A DNA stretch of 32,554 nucleotides from an uncultured Pseudomonadota bacterium (GTDB lineage: Bacteria > Babelota > Babeliae > Babelales > UBA12409): assembly GCA_964432975.1 (NCBI GenBank), contig CAYSPS010000002.1:9142-41695 (forward strand), read 5' to 3'. The translations under genes were made by a program, and so were the position numbers. Under the pieces are notes generated by a model. It saw only the letters and a program-made list of their open reading frames with translations, was not told where the DNA came from and searched no databases. This document shows, one piece after another, positions 15,781 through 25,182 of this stretch; position 1 is the first letter of the stretch, and each line of letters begins with the position of its first letter.

Positions 15781-16116
15781 ATGAAGTCGGTTATCCACGA
15801 ATCTTCATCGATCTTTAAAGCTATTGAACAAGGCTGGGAAAAAGCGGGCAAACCGCGAGAATTTAGCATAAAAATCTTACAAGAAGCACAAAAAAATTTC
15901 CTTGGCATGACTGTCGCCAACGCAAAAGTCGCCCTCTTTTTTGGCGAACCACTCCAAACACAGCAAAAGCCAACCCCAGAATATAAGCAACAACCATACC
16001 GACAACAACAAAATCGCCCACATCATCATCGTCGGCCTCGCCAACAGCGTCCACAAGCGCAAGAACAACAGCAACAGTCATCTAACCCACCAATAACGAA
16101 TAAACCTCAACAATAG
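15781..16116 (+). CDS. jag: Jag/KhpB-like protein reduced to the Jag_N domain plus a Q/P/R/H-rich tail
   Basis: ATG at 15781 is preceded by GAGGGG. The N-terminus SIFKAIEQGWEKAGKPREFSIKILQEAQKNFLGMTVANAKVALFF matches the Jag_N pattern (A-I-E...E...FLG...A-V). It sits directly upstream of mnmE, as in canonical jag-mnmE synteny. No KH or R3H segment is present. The longer 15580 ORF runs through tRNA-Gly and is rejected. Confidence 0.6.
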   Translation: MKSVIHESSSIFKAIEQGWEKAGKPREFSIKILQEAQKNFLGMTVANAKVALFFGEPLQTQQKPTPEYKQQPYRQQQNRPHHHRRPRQQRPQAQEQQQQSSNPPITNKPQQ

Positions 16117-16118
16117 CT

Positions 16119-17489
16119 ATGCTCCCGACACGTGACGAAGAAATTATTGTTGCACAATGCACTCCGAGCGGAAATGGTGCACTCGCAATCGTGCGCGTTT
16201 CAGGCGCACAAGCCATTGTTCTTGTACAAAAATGTGCGAAATTGTACGCGAAAAAAAAATTAACTGATGTTGCCTCACACACAATTCATTTAGGCACCGT
16301 CATCGATCAACACAATCATGTCATCGATCAAGTCCTTTTTCTGGTCATGAAGGGCCCAAAAAGCTTCACCGGACAAGATACGGTCGAAATATCATGTCAT
16401 AACAATCCATTTGTCATTGAAGCAATCATTCAACAGCTTATTGCTCATGGCGCACGACCAGCGCAACACGGCGAATTTACTAAGCGCGCGTTTTTGAATA
16501 AAAAACTCGATCTGATCCAAGCTGAAGCAATTCACGATCTCATTAATGCACACACTCAACAAGCAATCAAACATTCACTTGCACAACTTGCCGGAAGCTT
16601 TTCGTACTGGATCAGCGAACTAGAACAGCAACTCATTAAAGCTCACAGCTTGTGCCAAGCAAGCTTTGAGTTTATCGAAGATGATATTAATTTTGACCAT
16701 AATATCAAAAATCTTGTCTACACAAGCCTTAAGCAGATCCAACAGTTGCAACAGCATCAGCATCAACAACAACGCATCAAAGAAGGTGTGCGTATTGCTA
16801 TTATTGGGGCAGTAAATGCCGGAAAATCATCACTTTTTAATGCACTTCTTAAAAAAGATCGCGCAATCGTTACACCAATAGCTGGTACCACGCGCGATAC
16901 CATCGAAGCGGGCATATTTCGCAACAATATGCACTACACGCTTGTCGACACGGCTGGTTTTCGCACAACAAAAAACAAAATTGAACAAGAAGGTATCACA
17001 CGTGCTTACCAAGAAGCTGCGCTTGCTGATATTATTTTATTGAGCATTGATGCATCATGCCCCATAATGCCGCAAGAAAAAAAATGGTACCAAAAAATTC
17101 TTACACACCATGGTAAAAAAACCATCGTGATATTTACAAAAAGCGACATCGCACCGCATATGCACCATGAATTTGCCGAAAGTTTAACGGTTTCAGCAAC
17201 CACGGGCCATCATATGCATCTGCTGGAAAATATCATTATTGAACGCACAACACGCCTGTTGCAAGCCAACAATTGCCCATTTTTAGTTAATAAACGACAA
17301 GCACAGCTTTTGCACAGTCTTGAAATGGATCTTAAAAAACTTATCCCATTACTTGATCAAACACTGGAATATGAAATCCTCTGCGTGCATCTGAAAGATG
17401 CTTTAGAAAAAATTACCGAGCTTACGGGTAAAACAATCGGCGAGTTAAGCCTTGATCGTATTTTCCAGGATTTCTGTATCGGTAAATAA
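16119..17489 (+). CDS. mnmE: tRNA modification GTPase MnmE
   Basis: The 456-aa product has G1 [16 protein letters not shown]3 DTAG, G4 TKSD and the C-terminal signature FCIGK. Confidence 0.95.
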   Translation: MLPTRDEEIIVAQCTPSGNGALAIVRVSGAQAIVLVQKCAKLYAKKKLTDVASHTIHLGTVIDQHNHVIDQVLFLVMKGPKSFTGQDTVEISCHNNPFVIEAIIQQLIAHGARPAQHGEFTKRAFLNKKLDLIQAEAIHDLINAHTQQAIKHSLAQLAGSFSYWISELEQQLIKAHSLCQASFEFIEDDINFDHNIKNLVYTSLKQIQQLQQHQHQQQRIKEGVRIAIIGAVNAGKSSLFNALLKKDRAIVTPIAGTTRDTIEAGIFRNNMHYTLVDTAGFRTTKNKIEQEGITRAYQEAALADIILLSIDASCPIMPQEKKWYQKILTHHGKKTIVIFTKSDIAPHMHHEFAESLTVSATTGHHMHLLENIIIERTTRLLQANNCPFLVNKRQAQLLHSLEMDLKKLIPLLDQTLEYEILCVHLKDALEKITELTGKTIGELSLDRIFQDFCIGK

Positions 17490-18176
17490 CTACTTTTGAT
17501 ACAAAAATTTAACTTCGACACGACGGTTCGGTGCTTGCGCAACTTTACCACTTGCGCGCGTCAATACACGGCTCGTGCCACGCCCAACAGCTTTAATGCT
17601 GCTTGCAGGAACGCCTTGTTCAATAAATGCACGCTTGATGGCATCGGCACGACGTTGTGAAAGCGCTTGATTGTACAACTGTGAGCGCGTAATTAAGCAC
17701 GAGTGCCCTTCAATAACAATCGTTGCACCGTCAGCAGCTGCTAATTTTGCAAGTTGCGCATCATACTTAACCAATGGCTCTTGGTCTTTGCGAATATCAG
17801 CACGATCAAAATCAAAATGAATAACTTCTGCAGAAGAATCTTCATCAAGCTCTTGCCATGCCCATGAATCATCAGTGTCAGCTTTGGTAGAAACTGCCGG
17901 TTTTTCAGGTACGGTTTGCGTTACCGGTTCTGGACCTTTTACTTTTGCCTCCGCTGCTTCAAACAAATCTTTGCCGCCTTCGTCCTCCAACACATAAGCC
18001 CCGAGCTCTTCATCATATTTTCCGCTTGCCGGCGCTATTTTACTTGGAGCAGCAGGTTCTTGAACTTTAGTTGCAACAGGAGTGGCTGGCGCAGTTTGTT
18101 TTACTGTTGTGCTTTTTTTAATACATGAAGGCAATACAAAACTCGCAAGTAAAAGAATTACGTAATATTTTCTCAT
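17490..18176 (-). CDS. OmpA-family peptidoglycan-associated lipoprotein (Pal-like)
   Basis: The lipobox is LPSC after MRKYYVILLLASFV. A P/A/E-rich linker precedes a C-terminal OmpA-like domain (HFDFDRADI...YNQALSQRRADAI...NRRVEVKF). Its stop codon directly abuts the mnmE stop. Confidence 0.85.
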   Translation of the reverse strand: MRKYYVILLLASFVLPSCIKKSTTVKQTAPATPVATKVQEPAAPSKIAPASGKYDEELGAYVLEDEGGKDLFEAAEAKVKGPEPVTQTVPEKPAVSTKADTDDSWAWQELDEDSSAEVIHFDFDRADIRKDQEPLVKYDAQLAKLAAADGATIVIEGHSCLITRSQLYNQALSQRRADAIKRAFIEQGVPASSIKAVGRGTSRVLTRASGKVAQAPNRRVEVKFLYQK

Positions 18177-18318
18177 TGCACGATCCCATCATATAAAATT
18201 ATAAAATCCTTAACAGTAATACTTTCGATGTTTTCAATAAAAGATACCGTTCACATAAAATCTACGATATATTTAAAATAAGTAAACAAGTTTCAAAAAG
18301 GGACGGGACCGTATTTGT

Positions 18319-19851
18319 ATGAAAAAAATTGTTATCAGTAGCACACCATGGCAAACGCGAGGGGCGGTTTTACACAACAATCGTCTACAAAACATTTATT
18401 TTGCTGCACCGCACGTTGAGCAATTAGAGCGTGCTTTCTATCGTGGTGTTGTAACCAAAATTCTACCCGGCATTCAAACAGCCTTTGTTAATATTGGTCA
18501 AGAAAAAGCTGGATTTTTGCATATTTCAGAAATTGATCGCGAGCTAGCGCTTGCACGCATGCAAGATTCAGAAGTGAGTGATGAATTTGATGAAGAAAAA
18601 AAGGAAGAGCAACGACCATCTCAACGCCAGGCTCTTGATATCAGTAAAATTTTGCACGAAAACGAACCGGTATTGGTACAGGTAAGCAAAGAACCTGTCT
18701 ACGAAAAAGGCGCCAAACTCACAACATGCTTTACACTTCCTGGAAGATTTCTCGTATTATTGCCCAATATTCCGCGTATTGGCATTTCAAAAAAGATTGA
18801 TGACCGCGAAGAACGCCAACGCCTTAAAAACATCGTCTTGAGCAATTTACCCGAAGGTATGGGCGCAATTATTCGCACATCAACACAAAATCATACCGAA
18901 AAAGAAATCAAGCGTGATCTTGATTATCTCATGAAAACGTGGCGTACCATCTTAGACAAATTCGCCAAAGCAACTGCGCAGGAAAAAATTCATGAAGATT
19001 TGCCGCTTGAACTAGCAATCGTGCGCGATCATCTTGATGAAGATGTTGATGAAGTGATCACTAATACCAAAGAATCACAAAATAATATTTATCAATTTCT
19101 CAAAACAATCGCGCCAGAGTACACACATAAGGTAAAGCTGTTTAATGAACCCCCCCTCATTTTTACCCACTTTGGTATCGAACGACAAATCGAAGCTGCC
19201 TTGCAAAAAAAAGCCGAGTTAAAATCTGGTGGTTCAATTATCATCGAATCAACAGAGGCCATGACGGTCATTGATGTCAACACCGGCAAATATACTGGCC
19301 GCGCTAATATGGAAGAAACAATTTTGCAAACTAATCTGGAGGCAGCTGAGGAAATTGTACGTCAATTACGCTTGCGTAATATTGGTGGACTGATCGTTAT
19401 TGATTTCATCGATATGTCGACAGCAGCCAATCGCCAACGCCTGTATCGACATCTTGAACAAACACTTCGCGAATACGACAAATTTCAATCGGTTGTCTTG
19501 CGTGTGTCAGAATTTGGTCTTGTTCAAATGACACGCAAACGGGCCGGCAAAACGCTTGTACAACAACTTACGCAAATATGCACGCTGTGCCATGGCACCG
19601 GATTTATCAAATCAATTGCTACAATTAGCAGCGAAATTCTTTATAAACTCAAAAGTATGCTGCTCGAAAAAGAACGTGGCATGAACGTATCATTGTTGGC
19701 GAGCACCCAAATTTTTACATATCTCACAGAAACGCAATACAATAGCATTCTTGAATTAGAAAAAACATTCGGCTGCACTATTATTCTAGAAAACAGCGAA
19801 CATATCGAACGCGACGCCCATCATATCAAATTTTCAACAACCAAGACTTGA
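18319..19851 (+). CDS. rng: Ribonuclease G/E family endoribonuclease
   Basis: An S1 domain (GVVTKILPGIQTAFVNIGQEKAGFLHISE) is followed by the catalytic core (IIIESTEAMTVIDVNTGKY, GGLIVIDFIDM). At 510 aa it has the size of Rng/CafA. Confidence 0.9.
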   Translation: MKKIVISSTPWQTRGAVLHNNRLQNIYFAAPHVEQLERAFYRGVVTKILPGIQTAFVNIGQEKAGFLHISEIDRELALARMQDSEVSDEFDEEKKEEQRPSQRQALDISKILHENEPVLVQVSKEPVYEKGAKLTTCFTLPGRFLVLLPNIPRIGISKKIDDREERQRLKNIVLSNLPEGMGAIIRTSTQNHTEKEIKRDLDYLMKTWRTILDKFAKATAQEKIHEDLPLELAIVRDHLDEDVDEVITNTKESQNNIYQFLKTIAPEYTHKVKLFNEPPLIFTHFGIERQIEAALQKKAELKSGGSIIIESTEAMTVIDVNTGKYTGRANMEETILQTNLEAAEEIVRQLRLRNIGGLIVIDFIDMSTAANRQRLYRHLEQTLREYDKFQSVVLRVSEFGLVQMTRKRAGKTLVQQLTQICTLCHGTGFIKSIATISSEILYKLKSMLLEKERGMNVSLLASTQIFTYLTETQYNSILELEKTFGCTIILENSEHIERDAHHIKFSTTKT

Positions 19852-19939
19852 TTGACAAAGAGAAAATTTTCTGTTAACTTAAGAGTGTCGTCCTTTCACA
19901 ATTTCTTACATAAACTGCTTAAAAAGGGGTTTTGAGTGT

Positions 19940-21421
19940 ATGATTAACTGTCGTACCAAATTATTCTTTATCGTACTACTGTCTATGAAGTCGCTTGTCA
20001 GCATGCAATCACAAGAACTTACACTCTATAGCATACCAGACAAGCAGGAAGTTGCGATTAGCAACACGTTGTGGAAAACAGTATTTCCCTGTCTCCTTCT
20101 GTGTTGTCAACAACCAACACCAGTTGCCTCCATACCTGAGCATGCGCTTAATTTTTCAAGCGACACGCTCGGACATATTGAACAACTCTTGCGCGCTCCC
20201 ATGCATGAGCAAGAAATCTTGAAAACATATTCAAGTCCAACCATACGCGATCTTTGGAGAGCACTTGCACAGCTGCAATGTAAACCCAACACTCGCCTTA
20301 CGCACAGCGTTGCACATGCACTTGCACAACGCTTTTATCAAGATAACCAGCGCCCAGATTTTCTCACCTATTTCCTGAACAACAGAAGCGAATGGCTGGC
20401 ATACCTGACATCACTGCACAAGGAGTGGCCGCGATGTATCGTGCACCTTACGCTCTATTTATATCTGCTTTTAAATCGCAATGAACAAGTGTTGTGTGCT
20501 CCCTATTTTAATGAATGCATTTCACCGTTGGCATGTATACAAGAATGCCCAGATCAAGCGTTTATTGTAAGCGAAGCAACACCAGAACTTGCCAAAATTC
20601 TTCGGTTGGGAATACACAAACGTGCATACTCTGCAAAAGACTTGCAAGACTTTTGGCGGCTCATCATATCCGAAGCTGGCAATTTAACCCCATTTGTAAA
20701 ACCGATTTTTCAACAATGCGAACAATATTATCAACCACCAAAATCTTGTTGGTGCTGCCATACGCGATCAAACAGTTACCTCCGACCACCAGAAACGCTT
20801 CTTAAAAAAGCAGCTTGCTATTTTGATGTTACAAAAAACAATACAGCCCTTGCTCGATTGCTCGCACAGCATAAAATAATCACACCAACTAATTATTTGT
20901 TTGAAGCATACATTCATGGCCTCGGACTGATGGTGCATACGCTTCTTGAGTATGGTGCCAATCCGCTTAAACGAATAACGAACACGCTGCACACATCTCT
21001 TTCAACTGAAATGCATGCAATTGCAAGCTTTTCAGACGATGGAAGAAGATCCATTCCACTTGTTGTACACGGCACGCGCCAAACAATTCTTGAAAAAGCA
21101 CTGCTTATGTATGAGGAGCAACGCGCACAATATCAGTCAACCACATCAACCGATGAAGCTGCAGGGGCAACAACACCCGAATTTCAAAATAAATGTAAAA
21201 TAATGAGCGATATGTGTATTTTGATGATCAATTATGCAAACAAACGATACCATCATGCGTTTTTACAACTGCTTCAAGAAAATGCCTTGGTCAAAGATCT
21301 TGTCTTCCTGCTGGTACCAGAAATGAAGCAATTACTCGAACCGGCTACCGCAGGAAATTTTGTAAGGTGCCCATCTCACGACGCTTCATCGGCGCATGGC
21401 AGCCAAGTAGCGCCGGCTTAA
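19940..21421 (+). CDS. Hypothetical protein (493 aa) with a signal-like N-terminus and a possible single degenerate ankyrin-like repeat
   Basis: The ORF is long and clean. The N-terminus is MINCRTKLFFIVLLSMKSLVS. The segment LFEAYIHGLGLMVHTLLEYGANPL loosely resembles an ankyrin repeat. No other motif was recognised. Confidence 0.65.
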   Translation: MINCRTKLFFIVLLSMKSLVSMQSQELTLYSIPDKQEVAISNTLWKTVFPCLLLCCQQPTPVASIPEHALNFSSDTLGHIEQLLRAPMHEQEILKTYSSPTIRDLWRALAQLQCKPNTRLTHSVAHALAQRFYQDNQRPDFLTYFLNNRSEWLAYLTSLHKEWPRCIVHLTLYLYLLLNRNEQVLCAPYFNECISPLACIQECPDQAFIVSEATPELAKILRLGIHKRAYSAKDLQDFWRLIISEAGNLTPFVKPIFQQCEQYYQPPKSCWCCHTRSNSYLRPPETLLKKAACYFDVTKNNTALARLLAQHKIITPTNYLFEAYIHGLGLMVHTLLEYGANPLKRITNTLHTSLSTEMHAIASFSDDGRRSIPLVVHGTRQTILEKALLMYEEQRAQYQSTTSTDEAAGATTPEFQNKCKIMSDMCILMINYANKRYHHAFLQLLQENALVKDLVFLLVPEMKQLLEPATAGNFVRCPSHDASSAHGSQVAPA

Positions 21422-21426
21422 GATTA

Positions 21427-22623
21427 TTACTGCTGAACCAAAAGCGGCAATTGCATAAGCGGAACATATACTGCATACATAAGTCCCGCAATTAAAACCC
21501 CAAGAATAGCCATGAGTGCCGGCTGCAAAATCAGCACACAATGACGCACTATTTTGGTTGCGCGATCAGCATACAAACGTGCGCACTGATCAATCACAAC
21601 AGCTAAATTACCGGTTTGCTGTCCCACTTCAAGCAGCGCATTGCACGCAACAAGCGCATGCGTGCCAAGTACATCCGCAAATATTGCCGGAAAAGAATCA
21701 CCTGCTGCAATACTTTCTTGCATATGCTCGATGCGCGCTCGCAAATCATCGTTTTTAATTAACCGTGATGCCGTTTCAAGTGATGCCACCAGTGATTGCC
21801 CACCACGCATGAGCAACGCCACAGCATGCAAAAAAAGCGCCAATACAAATGAAACATATACAGACCCAACAATTGGCAACCGAATCAAAATCCAGTGCCA
21901 AATATGGCGCGTACTGCGTATATGCAAAAGTAACCATAAAACTAAGAGTACAAAAAAAAGATATCCGGCAATATGCAACAAGCTCATTGAAGTTAATGCA
22001 CTGCTCAGTGCAAAAATGGTCGCCAATGAACCAGTCGGTTGTTGATTAAGCAAATGTACAACATGCTCAAGCGATGGCACAATACCAATAAAAATAATCA
22101 ATACAACAGTGCAGAAAAATAATAGTGTAACGATGGGCATTGCAAGCGCGTAACGAATGCGTCGCGCAAATTCAGCACGCAATCGCAGAAAATCACATAA
22201 ATGCCCCGTTGCTTCAGACAAAGCGCCAGCTTGCGCGCCGGCATGAATTAACGTAATAACAAGTGGCCCAAAACAACGAGGAAAGAGCGCAAGCGCCTCA
22301 GCAAGCGATAAGCCATGCAATACACCGGCATGTACCTCTTGTGCAATAGTACGCCGCATATGCGAGCCCAATTGCGCCAAAACTGCCAGTGCCGGCGCCA
22401 TGAGCATGCCGGCAACCAATAATTGATGTAATTGTTCAAAAAATTGAAGTACTTCAATTGATGATAAACGCTCTACGAGCGCCAACTTTACTCGCTGCAG
22501 CGCACGAAGCTCTAGACCCGTTTTGGCAAGATCATATTTTAATTGCTGTGGACTTGGCGCCCATTGCACGCCATAACACTCATCACCATGCACATCAATA
22601 GCAATCCAACGATATTCTGGCAT
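21427..22623 (-). CDS. Type II secretion / type IV pilus platform protein, GspF/PilC family
   Basis: Two T2SS-F repeats with polytopic TM segments are present. The N-terminus YRWIAIDVHGDECYGVQWAPSPQQLKYDLAKTGLEL is typical of PilC. ATG at 22623 is preceded by GGAGGA and is preferred over the longer 22698 start. No cognate ATPase gene is adjacent. Confidence 0.85.
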   Translation of the reverse strand: MPEYRWIAIDVHGDECYGVQWAPSPQQLKYDLAKTGLELRALQRVKLALVERLSSIEVLQFFEQLHQLLVAGMLMAPALAVLAQLGSHMRRTIAQEVHAGVLHGLSLAEALALFPRCFGPLVITLIHAGAQAGALSEATGHLCDFLRLRAEFARRIRYALAMPIVTLLFFCTVVLIIFIGIVPSLEHVVHLLNQQPTGSLATIFALSSALTSMSLLHIAGYLFFVLLVLWLLLHIRSTRHIWHWILIRLPIVGSVYVSFVLALFLHAVALLMRGGQSLVASLETASRLIKNDDLRARIEHMQESIAAGDSFPAIFADVLGTHALVACNALLEVGQQTGNLAVVIDQCARLYADRATKIVRHCVLILQPALMAILGVLIAGLMYAVYVPLMQLPLLVQQ

Positions 22624-22642
22624 TAGATCCTCCAAGAAAAAT

Positions 22643-22933
22643 TCAACGCGCAATTGATGATTGCGCTCCAAACCCGAGACGCGCCAAAATTTGTTCATAA
22701 CTGAGCGTGGTAATTATTTTAATTTTTTTGTGACGTCCTGTTGCCCCACCGATTATTTCAAAAACCATACGGGGCTCGCCAAGTTTTTTGGCCAGAAATG
22801 CAATGAGCTCGTCATTCGCTTTCCCACGCTCAGGAGCGCTTTTTAAAAAACATTTCAGATGCCCTTGTGTATCTAACACGATGTGCTGACGCCCGGCATG
22901 AGGAACTACTTTAATCTCAATAATCATGGCCAT
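22643..22933 (-). CDS. yggU: DUF167 (YggU/UPF0235) family protein
   Basis: The 96-aa product reads IEIKVVPHAGRQ...KSAPERGKANDELIAFLAKKLG, which matches the YggU pattern. Confidence 0.8.
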   Translation of the reverse strand: MAMIIEIKVVPHAGRQHIVLDTQGHLKCFLKSAPERGKANDELIAFLAKKLGEPRMVFEIIGGATGRHKKIKIITTLSYEQILARLGFGAQSSIAR

Positions 22934-23028
22934 ATTTGCACTATAGCATCGTGCTTCATGCTTGCCAATTATATGTATTCTTTAGTAAGGTGAGCACGAG
23001 AAAAATTTAGGTAGGAGCAAAAAAACGC

Positions 23029-24426
23029 ATGCCTGATCAACAAAAAGTTTATGTGATCGATACCAATGTACTTGTGCACGATCCAATGGCTTTATATGCC
23101 TTTGGCAAAAATCTTGTAGGGATTCCGATCAACGTATTAGAAGAACTTGATCGATTCAAAAATGAAAATTCAGATCGCGGCCGTAATGCGCGCGATGTTA
23201 TTCGCCGGCTTGATGAGCTACGCGCACGTGGACCACTCAATGAGGGAATTCTTCTTGATAATGGCGGGCATTTGCGTATTATTGTTATCCCACCACAAGA
23301 AATTCAAAGCCTTAAAAAAATTATCGAAACACACGATACAGGAATCTTAGCCGCTGCACTCTATTTAAAAAAACAAAACTTTGACGTTATTTTTATTTCA
23401 AAAGACATTAATGCACGTGTCAAAGCAGATGTTGTCGGTATTGCTGCGCAAGATTATCTGCGCGGACGCGTAGCACGTGATGAATTCTACAAAGGTTGGA
23501 TCAAAGTCCAAGCACCTGCAATAGAACTACAAAATGATCAACCAAAATTGTTGAAACAATTAATCGAAGAGTACGAGCTCAAAATTAATCAATTTGTGTG
23601 GCTTGTAAGCAATGCAAATGAATTCCACTATCGTCTATGGCGTTATATGGGCAATGAACAATTTACGCCCATTCAACCACCAAATCTCTCCTGGCCACTT
23701 CAAGCACGCAACCCACAACAACTTATGGCGCTTGATTTACTCATCGACCCTGCGGTGAATCTCGTATGCTTACTTGGCCCCGCAGGCACAGGTAAGACAT
23801 TTTTGGCGCTTCTTGCTGGTCTACAACAGGTGCTTATTACCAAGCGTTATCAAAAAATACTGATTGCCCGTCCCGTCGTGCCCCTGGGACAAGACATTGG
23901 ATATCTACCAGGAGATATTCAAGAAAAACTTCATACATGGATGCAACCAATTTATGACAACATTGAACTCATCACGCACGAAACAGCACACGGTGAAAGC
24001 ACATATCACTACGATCATTTATACACAGTCGCACGCGAAGGTGGCAGACGTAAAAAACGTCATGCTCGCCATTCTCATGACTATATTTTGCGACCACTTG
24101 ATCATATGATCAAAGAAAATAAAATTTCGCTTGAGGCAATCACATACATGCGCGGAAGGTCTATCCCATATCAATATATTTTTATTGATGAAGTACAGAA
24201 TTTATCACCGCATGAAGTCAAGACTATCATCACGCGTGTAGGGGAGGGATCAAAAATTATTCTTTCCGGTGACCCCTACCAAATCGATTCGCCCTATTTA
24301 GACTTCAGCAGCAATGGCTTGGTTGTCGCAAGCAATGCATTCAAAAATTGCGCACTTGCAGGAACCGTTTATCTGGATATCAGCGAACGCTCTGAATTAA
24401 GCAAACTAGCTGGCGAATTATTGTAA
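23029..24426 (+). CDS. phoH2: PIN-domain / PhoH-like ATPase fusion (PhoH2/YlaK type)
   Basis: The N-terminal PIN signature is VYVIDTNVLVHDP. Walker A is GPAGTGKTFLAL and Walker B is YIFIDEVQNL. AGGAG is the RBS. Confidence 0.9.
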   Translation: MPDQQKVYVIDTNVLVHDPMALYAFGKNLVGIPINVLEELDRFKNENSDRGRNARDVIRRLDELRARGPLNEGILLDNGGHLRIIVIPPQEIQSLKKIIETHDTGILAAALYLKKQNFDVIFISKDINARVKADVVGIAAQDYLRGRVARDEFYKGWIKVQAPAIELQNDQPKLLKQLIEEYELKINQFVWLVSNANEFHYRLWRYMGNEQFTPIQPPNLSWPLQARNPQQLMALDLLIDPAVNLVCLLGPAGTGKTFLALLAGLQQVLITKRYQKILIARPVVPLGQDIGYLPGDIQEKLHTWMQPIYDNIELITHETAHGESTYHYDHLYTVAREGGRRKKRHARHSHDYILRPLDHMIKENKISLEAITYMRGRSIPYQYIFIDEVQNLSPHEVKTIITRVGEGSKIILSGDPYQIDSPYLDFSSNGLVVASNAFKNCALAGTVYLDISERSELSKLAGELL

Positions 24427-24648
24427 CTTTTTCATTTTGCTCGCTTTAAATGGATGACATGACACAACCCGTTTGAAGATCAGCCACAGTACGCGCAGGA
24501 GGCCATTGCCAAACTGTTGTACATCATCTAAAAGCATGAGCGCATAATCGGTACAACTTACGGTATAGCGGCAACAACCAGGACTGCCAAGCAACGGACG
24601 GCTGTATTTGATAAGCATGTACAAGCACCAAGCAATTACACGCTGCAC
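24418..24648 (-). CDS. yidD: Membrane protein insertion efficiency factor YidD
   Basis: The 76-aa product has the pattern LIKYSRPLLGSPGCCRYTVSCTDYA...SCHPF (C-R-[FY]-x-x-[ST]-C-[ST]-x-Y). It is downstream of rnpA. Its 3' end overlaps the phoH2 3' end by 9 nt. Confidence 0.8.
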   Translation of the reverse strand: MQRVIAWCLYMLIKYSRPLLGSPGCCRYTVSCTDYALMLLDDVQQFGNGLLRVLWLIFKRVVSCHPFKASKMKKLQ

Positions 24649-24980
24649 AGGTGCCTCGCTAAAATATCAAGCAATTTCTTTCGCAAATCATCAAAAGAAA
24701 ACGCACATGCAGGTGCTTTTACAATCACAGCAACGTCACAGTTGAGCCGCCCAAACAAACGTTCTTGATAAAAGATATGCTTAAGCCGACGGCGAATTTT
24801 GTGACGCGCAGGGCTTGTCCCCACCGAACGCGATGCGACAATTAAAAGCCGGGCGTAGTCACGCATTTGAGGAGCAATCAATATGGTAAGTGAATCATCA
24901 ACAAAAATACGCTGCGCGCTGTGAAACAGCGCGGCAATTTCAGAACGCGTAAATGAGCAAATAAGCCGTGCGTATTTCAC
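24636..24980 (-). CDS. rnpA: Ribonuclease P protein component
   Basis: The 114-aa basic protein has the RNR-like motif ARHKIRRRLKHIF. It has a GTG start and lies directly downstream of rpmH. Confidence 0.85.
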   Translation of the reverse strand: MKYARLICSFTRSEIAALFHSAQRIFVDDSLTILIAPQMRDYARLLIVASRSVGTSPARHKIRRRLKHIFYQERLFGRLNCDVAVIVKAPACAFSFDDLRKKLLDILARHLCSV

Positions 24981-24992
24981 AAATCACTAATA

Positions 24993-25127
24993 CTAAACAG
25001 TCAGACGACAGCGCCCTTTGGCGCGACGACGTTTGACAATTTTACGGCCATCTTTCGAACGCATTCTTTTTAAAAAGCCATGCGTTCTGGTACGTTTACG
25101 ACGAGACGGTTTATAGGTAATAGACAT
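24993..25127 (-). CDS. rpmH: 50S ribosomal protein L34
   Basis: It is not in the ORF track (44 aa). Hand translation of the reverse strand gives [44 protein letters not shown], a canonical L34. Confidence 0.95.
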   Translation of the reverse strand: MSITYKPSRRKRTRTHGFLKRMRSKDGRKIVKRRRAKGRCRLTV

Positions 25128-25182
25128 ACAAAACTTTCAAAAACTTTTTGTAGGAATAAATCTCTCGTTATAATACCTAAAA

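Noticed and set aside
15950-16110. A CAA/CAG-rich tract (also at 16735-16775 in mnmE) was considered as a microsatellite or contingency locus.
   Set aside because: The tracts are in-frame, imperfect glutamine-rich coding sequence rather than a pure tandem repeat. There is no evidence of slippage.
15580-16116. A 178-aa ORF spans tRNA-Gly(GCC), and a similar 150-aa ORF at 10794-11246 spans tRNA-Arg.
   Set aside because: Both read straight through well-folded tRNA genes. The real CDS in the first case starts at ATG 15781, which has its own RBS. The second is an artefact overlapping the ATPase 3' end and the tRNA.
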